Assembly (NCBI GenBank): GCA_963765495.1
Contig: CAVXWP010000001.1
Location: 352,001-416,000, forward strand
Length of the DNA stretch: 64,000 nt
DNA from: Blastocatellia bacterium
GTDB lineage: Bacteria > Acidobacteriota > Blastocatellia > UBA7656
Reading direction: 5' to 3'
Shown: piece by piece, positions 58,769 through 64,000 of the stretch
Position numbering within the stretch: position 1 is the stretch's first letter
How the letters are laid out: each line of letters begins with the position of its first letter
The notes under the pieces: model-generated
What the model saw: the letters and a program-made list of their open reading frames with translations, nothing else
What the model was told of the DNA's origin: nothing
Database searches by the model: none
Position numbers and translations under genes: made by a program

Positions 58769-60706
58769 TTATTGTATGAAAGAGACTACGGCGCGGTCTG
58801 CCTGATGCACCCGGTCAAAGAATGATTTGACCGTGGGGTATTGAGCTACAGTAAAAGTTATGGCATTGACAATCAGGCTGCGTTCGTAGATTAGCTGGCC
58901 TTCTTCCCTGATAAAAGCTGAATGATATTTCGCCGCGCCTATATCTATGTCAACGGGGTCGGGTAACTGTTCGAGCGCAAATCCTTCCGGCGCTTCTATA
59001 ATCACCTGCTCGCTCTCGGACCACGGATAATTAAAATAAACGCCGTTTGCACGGCGAGGAGCAACCATCAAGCTCTCATCGCGGCGTGAAAGCAAAGCCG
59101 GGCGCAGAAGCAAGCGTTTCTCGGTGCGGATGCCGAATTGCGGAACTGTAAAACTGATCGAGGTTTCAAGCGGCGTGGCAGGATTAGTCAGATTCGAGAT
59201 TGCCGCCGAAGATTCGTCAACGGTTGCCCCGGGCAAAAGCTCGCGCGTGGCCGAGATTATCTGCTTGCGCTGTTCGTCGGAGGTCAGATCGTTCAATTCA
59301 TTGCGAAGCTCAAGCGCACGCTGTCCCGTTATACGGGAATCTACATGCGCGCCTACGCGACCGTCAGCGTAGGCTGTCAGACGTATGACCCGGTCCTCTG
59401 AGTTTGAGACGGCCTCGGTGACCGGCGTCTCCACAAATCGAAAATCGCGTTTGCCGTATACGAGCGCCGTCACTGCTTCCTTCTCCCACGAAAGCATTCC
59501 GACCGGGCAATAGGGGGTGCCGGGATCATAGAAACGTACCAACCCGTCGCGCATTATAACCGCCGTCACTTCGCTGTTGAGTTGAAACGAATCCGGGAAC
59601 GAATAACGGAAGAAGTTTTCATCGCGCGTGGTCAACTCTGCCACACGCGCATCGAGCCCCGCCGCCCGCAACATTGCGATGAAGAGACGGTTGATCTCGC
59701 GCGGCGTGCCGTATCGGCGGTGAATTGTATCATCGGCCGTATCGTTTCGCTTCAGTCCCGCGTTGTTTTCGCCTTCTTCTCTAAATCCGACATTCTGTAT
59801 TTCGGTTCGAATATACTCGTAAATCCGACTGATCTTCTCCTGCGGGCCGTCGCTTGCGAGCGTTATCGAGTTGACCACCCGGCGAATCGCGCCCGTAGGC
59901 TTTGTTTCGTAGCTGGCGCGGTCGTGGCTGCGATGCGCATAATCGCGCCAGTACTTATCCGGGTTTGTTTCCGGCTCGTTGGAATAATAGAGCCATCCCC
60001 AGATCTTGACCGTCTCTTCGGGCGGCATCATCGGTTCGCGGCGAAATGGAGGGATGTTTTCTACTCTTATATTGTATGTGCCGTCCCAGGTCGGAGCGAA
60101 CCGTTTTGAGTCAGCGGCATTGAAGGTGACCCAGCGAACATCGAGTCTCGCCGCCGCCTGCGGCTGAATGCTGTAGTGAAGCTCTTTTGTAAACAGCTCC
60201 GATTGCAGATCGAGCGCAAAGTAGCGAAACCCCTGGGGGTAGGTCTGGCGGTATCGGTATTCTATTATGGAACCGGCCTCGACTGCGGGCATCGAAAAAA
60301 CGCGAGCGCGCCAGACGGCGTGGCTGGTCTTTACAAGCAGCTTGTCGAATATGTCACGCCCCTCGACTTCGATCGCTGTTCCGTCCGGGCGTATGGTTCG
60401 GGCGTGCACGTCCGTGATCTTGCCAAGCTCTACCTTGTAGGGAAGTTCCACATCTCCGTAGCGGCGTCCGCGTTCATTGAAGATTTTTATTCGGATATAG
60501 ACCTTGAGGCTCGTGCCTTCGGGGTCGTTATCATTCAACTCGCCTTCACGAAAGAGTATGGCCGCATCGGCTTCGGGGTCTCCGATGTCGGAGGCCGTTA
60601 TCTTCAAATCCTGAGATGTGACCGGTTTCCACGACGAGGCCGCGCCTGTTCGCTCGATGACGGGCGCTATAGTTAAGATTGATAACAAAACGATCCAGCG
60701 GCGCAT
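58769..60706 (-). CDS. DUF3857 plus transglutaminase-like secreted protein
   Basis: DPEADAAIL, RIKIF, ARTIRPDG, GSIIEY, REPMMP; transglutaminase-like core; signal peptide from 60706. Confidence 0.85.
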   Translation of the reverse strand: MRRWIVLLSILTIAPVIERTGAASSWKPVTSQDLKITASDIGDPEADAAILFREGELNDNDPEGTSLKVYIRIKIFNERGRRYGDVELPYKVELGKITDVHARTIRPDGTAIEVEGRDIFDKLLVKTSHAVWRARVFSMPAVEAGSIIEYRYRQTYPQGFRYFALDLQSELFTKELHYSIQPQAAARLDVRWVTFNAADSKRFAPTWDGTYNIRVENIPPFRREPMMPPEETVKIWGWLYYSNEPETNPDKYWRDYAHRSHDRASYETKPTGAIRRVVNSITLASDGPQEKISRIYEYIRTEIQNVGFREEGENNAGLKRNDTADDTIHRRYGTPREINRLFIAMLRAAGLDARVAELTTRDENFFRYSFPDSFQLNSEVTAVIMRDGLVRFYDPGTPYCPVGMLSWEKEAVTALVYGKRDFRFVETPVTEAVSNSEDRVIRLTAYADGRVGAHVDSRITGQRALELRNELNDLTSDEQRKQIISATRELLPGATVDESSAAISNLTNPATPLETSISFTVPQFGIRTEKRLLLRPALLSRRDESLMVAPRRANGVYFNYPWSESEQVIIEAPEGFALEQLPDPVDIDIGAAKYHSAFIREEGQLIYERSLIVNAITFTVAQYPTVKSFFDRVHQADRAVVSFIQ

Positions 60707-60981
60707 AACCTTTGACCTCAAGCTTAATACGGCCTCGCACGCGGAATTGCAAAACGACAACTCTGGAACTTGAGATGGAGAAGATTCTACTTCGGGTCGC
60801 TCTCTCGATCAACATCGGGCAACGATTCTAAGATTCATCAGCCCGTCTGCCCTTTATTCTGCCTTCGTGGGCAGGCGGCTCAAACTGATGTTACTATCGC
60901 AACCGCAAGCCTTCAAGCGCAGACCCGTTCGGGCAGGCTTAATGCACAGGTTGGTCAAGGGCTTTTATTTTTCTGGAATAA

Positions 60982-61057
60982 CTTTGCGTACTTCGCGTCT
61001 TCGCGTCTTAGCGAGAGTCTATTTCCCGCAAAGCCGCAAAGCCGCAAAGTCGCAGAG
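60982..61057. repeat. Octamer (CGCAAAGN) inverted-array element, family D
   Basis: ctttgcgtacttcgcgtcttcgcgtcttagcg ... cgcaaagccgcaaagccgcaaagtcgcagag. Confidence 0.7.
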
Positions 61058-61112
61058 CAGGCAAAGACTTGCCGGAGAGCTAATAAGCCATGGCTGAGAT
61101 TAGCGGCTGAGA

Positions 61113-62276
61113 TTAGCGATTTGCGGTCTCGCTCACGATATTTGAAGACTTGCTTTCGTTGTTGAACTGGTCTACGGCGGTCACGCGATAATAGTATCTC
61201 TGATCTGGTGTCACCTTATCGTCGTGGTATGTGACTGTAGCGATAGGCTGGGCGGTCAGCTTTACCCAATCCTTCTCCGGCGCATCCATCGCATCCGTTC
61301 TATAAATGTTATAGCCGATAACATCGGCTTCGGGGCTGGTCGGCCAGAAGAGGCTAATAACAGCGTTTGCCGATGCAATTGAAACCGGGTCGGGCGGCAA
61401 AGGCGCAAACGTGTCTATCGGCTTGAAGGTCAAAGCAGGGCTATCGGCGCTTTCTATCAATCCGGTCGCGCCTTGAGAGAGAGCGCGAACCACATAGTTG
61501 TATTCGACCTGATAGCGGAATTTCGTATCGGTGTATTTCGTATCGGTGACAGGCTCGGAATTGAGCGGTTTGCCGAAATCTTCGCGCTTCGCGGTCCGGC
61601 GATAGATGTTATAGCCTACGATGGAGGCGGGCTCGGTGCTGTCCACATTTGCTTTGGGAGCGCTCCACGATATCGTGACGGCATTCTGTGCCTGATCTGC
61701 CAGTTGCACGTCACCGGGCGGTTCGGAAATCCCGGGCACAGGCTCGAAGGCGACGGTGTTTGAAAACGGCGCGGTCTGTTCCCTCTTATTCACATAGCGC
61801 ACGGCATAGCGAAGTCTCAAATTGGCAAGCTCTTTCGGGCTGCTCATATTCACAACATCGCTGTATTGCAACTTGCCGGTTGCCTTTACCTGCTTTTCAA
61901 TCATAGCGCGGTCGAGAGAGCCAACCACCCGGGCCGCCTCTTCGTAATCGCTCTCATTTAAGAGAGGCTCCTGATCGCGCTGCTCAACCAGTCGGTAGAT
62001 GTCTACGCGATGAATGTAAGAGCGATTATCCTGCTGTTTGATGAGCGGAGGCGCAGGCCACGAAAGAACTATGCGGTCGCCGCGCTGAATGGCCGTCAGG
62101 TTCTGGGTGCGGACGGTTATGCGCGCAGGCGCGACAGGCGCGCCCACCTTGCCGCAGGCGAGACTCAGAGTCGCCAAAAGCAGGAGAGCCACCGGCAAGA
62201 GGTCGGTAATGCGAAGATGTTTGATGAGAAAACGGACACGCTCCAGATGCGTGCCGACTTGCGGATCGGGCTTCAC
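61113..62276 (-). CDS. Fibronectin type III repeat lipoprotein
   Basis: Lipobox LACGKVG.P..P; FN3 repeats ([19 protein letters not shown]). Confidence 0.85.
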   Translation of the reverse strand: MKPDPQVGTHLERVRFLIKHLRITDLLPVALLLLATLSLACGKVGAPVAPARITVRTQNLTAIQRGDRIVLSWPAPPLIKQQDNRSYIHRVDIYRLVEQRDQEPLLNESDYEEAARVVGSLDRAMIEKQVKATGKLQYSDVVNMSSPKELANLRLRYAVRYVNKREQTAPFSNTVAFEPVPGISEPPGDVQLADQAQNAVTISWSAPKANVDSTEPASIVGYNIYRRTAKREDFGKPLNSEPVTDTKYTDTKFRYQVEYNYVVRALSQGATGLIESADSPALTFKPIDTFAPLPPDPVSIASANAVISLFWPTSPEADVIGYNIYRTDAMDAPEKDWVKLTAQPIATVTYHDDKVTPDQRYYYRVTAVDQFNNESKSSNIVSETANR

Positions 62277-63662
62277 AGTATGTACCGGCTCAGGTCTTCG
62301 TTCTTCACTATGTCGGCCAGTTGTTTTTGAACATAGTCTGCGCCGATCTCTACGTTCTTCTCTTCAAGGTCCGGCCCCTCGAATGAATACTCATCCAGCA
62401 GAGTCTCCATGATCGTGTGAAGCCTGCGAGCGCCTATGTCTTCCGTGTTCTCATTCACGGAAAAGGCGAAGCGCGCTATGGCGTCAATGGCTTCTTCGGT
62501 AAAGCTCAAGACTATGCCTTCGGTTTCGAGAAGGGCCACATACTGCCGCACCATAGAGTTTTTCGGCTCGGTCAGGATGCGCTTAAAATCCTCGATTGTG
62601 AGCGGCTTCAGCTCTACGCGAATCGGGAATCGGCCTTGCAGTTCCGGTATCAAATCCGAGGGTTTTGAGACGTGGAATGCGCCCGCCGCGACAAACAGGA
62701 TGTGGTCGGTCCTGACCATGCCGTAACGCGTGTTGACCGTGGTCCCCTCGACTATAGGCAGGATGTCGCGCTGCACGCCCTCGCGCGAAACGTCGGGTCC
62801 CTGCCCGCCTTCGCGCCCGGCTATCTTGTCTATCTCATCTGAGAAATATTATGCCCGCCGATTCCACGCGCTCAATCGCCATGCGCGCCACCTGATCCAT
62901 ATCGATCAGTTTCTGCTCTTCTTCCTGTATGAGGTATTCCATCGCCTCATCTACGCGCATTTTTCGCATCTTGGGTCGGCCTCCGAACATATTCGGAAAC
63001 ATGTCGCGGAGGTTAATATCCATCTCTTCGATGCCTTGCGGGGTGTAGATTTCAAAGTGGCCGGGATTGGATCGCTCCTGCACTTCGATCTCGACCATTC
63101 GCGCATCGAGTCTCCCCTCGCGCAATTGCTGGCGGAGTTTCTCGCGCGTTCGCTCGAACTGCTCCAGAGAGCTATCGCCTTCGACGATCTCATCCACCTG
63201 TCGAGTGCGCGGCAGCAGTAAATCGAGCATTCGCTCTTCGGCATTGTGCTCGGCCTGTTCGACGACCTCGGCTATCTTCTCTTCGCGCACAAGGTCTATG
63301 CCGATCTCGACCAGATCGCGGATCATGGATTCGACATCGCGTCCGACATAGCCGACTTCGGTGAATTTCGACGCTTCCACTTTCAGGAAAGGCGAATTTG
63401 AAAGCCTTGCCAGACGGCGGGCTATCTCGGTCTTACCTATCCCCGTAGACCCGATCATGATGATGTTCTTTGGTATGACATCCTGGGCCAGTTCGGGCGG
63501 CAATTTCTGCCGACGGATTCGATTCCTGAGCGCGATGGCAACCGCCCGCTTGGCGGCATCCTGACCGACTACATACTTGTTGAGTTCCTGCACGATCTGG
63601 CGCGGTGTCATCTCGTCAAGTCTCGGCTGATCTTTAACTTCACCTGATAAATATATGACCAT
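62273..63662 (-). pseudogene. hslU: ATP-dependent protease ATPase HslU, split by a one-base frameshift (assembly error or true pseudogene)
   Basis: MTPRQIV, GSTGIGKTE, KVEASKFTEVGYVGRDVE, then GIIFL followed by one extra base before DEIDKIA; QRDILP and [12 protein letters not shown] lie in the second frame. Confidence 0.9.
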
Positions 63663-63779
63663 TTCGATAAAAACTATAGAATACTTCCGGCAGAGCTACA
63701 AGCCGCAAGTTGACGCGCTCAACACGCTCCTTTTCCGCTATTCGGTTTTCTTATGAATTGAGGCAGAGGTGCTGCTAAA

Positions 63780-63873
63780 TGACGCGTGATCCGTGATTCG
63801 TGACCTTAAAGACGGGCTTCTCTTAGCTGCGAAGCTCAAACCTCAAATTTCACAAATCACGGATCACGCGTCA
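63780..63873. repeat. Family A heptamer element
   Basis: Perfect 19-bp IR tgacgcgtgatccgtgatt / aatcacggatcacgcgtca. Confidence 0.8.
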
Positions 63874-63884
63874 GCCGGAGGGGA

Positions 63885-64000
63885 TCAGTTTATTTCCTGC
63901 TTCAGATAAATCGTGTCGTAATAGCTTACAAGGCTGTACCCGGCTCTTCTGTAGAAGGACTGCGCCACCTCGAACTTCTCGTTTACCAGCACGCAAACCC
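63885..64000 (-). CDS. C-terminal end of a probable GNAT acetyltransferase, partial
   Basis: Manual translation ...VCVLVNEKFEVAQSFYRRAGYSLVSYYDTIYLKQEIN*, with the A..FY...G[YF] GNAT motif. Confidence 0.65.
   Translation of the reverse strand, partial: VCVLVNEKFEVAQSFYRRAGYSLVSYYDTIYLKQEIN

Noticed and set aside
60826-60845. GCTGATGAATCTTA on the minus strand resembling a fluoride riboswitch 3' end
   Set aside because: The GGCGATGG 5' element and the pseudoknot partner are missing.
61092-61117. 13-bp tandem duplication ggctgagattagc
   Set aside because: Single local duplication at a stop codon; no associated element.

Overview
Gene-dense bacterial chromosomal window. Gene content and style (many TPR/secreted proteins, Kgd-type sucA, alpha2-type GlyRS) suggest Acidobacteriota, probably Blastocatellia-like; this is an inference. 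Housekeeping genes: ppdK, ispH, rnc, lepB, sucA/kgd, cca, glyQS, htrA, gabD-like, hbd and a frameshifted hslU. The window also has a cyanophycin cphB-cphA pair. No rRNA, tRNA, CRISPR array, integrase or transposase was seen. The most notable locus is 47052-50191: an XRE repressor plus an ImmA/IrrE-family metallopeptidase (atypical EExxH motif) transcribed divergently from a four-gene operon centred on a SWIM zinc finger-Rad52/22 (DdrA/Sak-like) annealase. Palindromic boxes lie over both promoters, so it looks like a self-contained Deinococcus IrrE/DdrO-like DNA-damage switch. Other points of interest: a tightly coupled six-gene operon of three glycosyltransferases around a Tyr-rich zinc-finger protein; several families of hairpin elements built from 7-, 8- or 9-mer tandem arrays (one family shares a conserved core, several copies supply stop codons, one copy sits in-frame in cca); a TPR plus lethal-factor-like peptidase; and a stand-alone dynamin-like GTPase.
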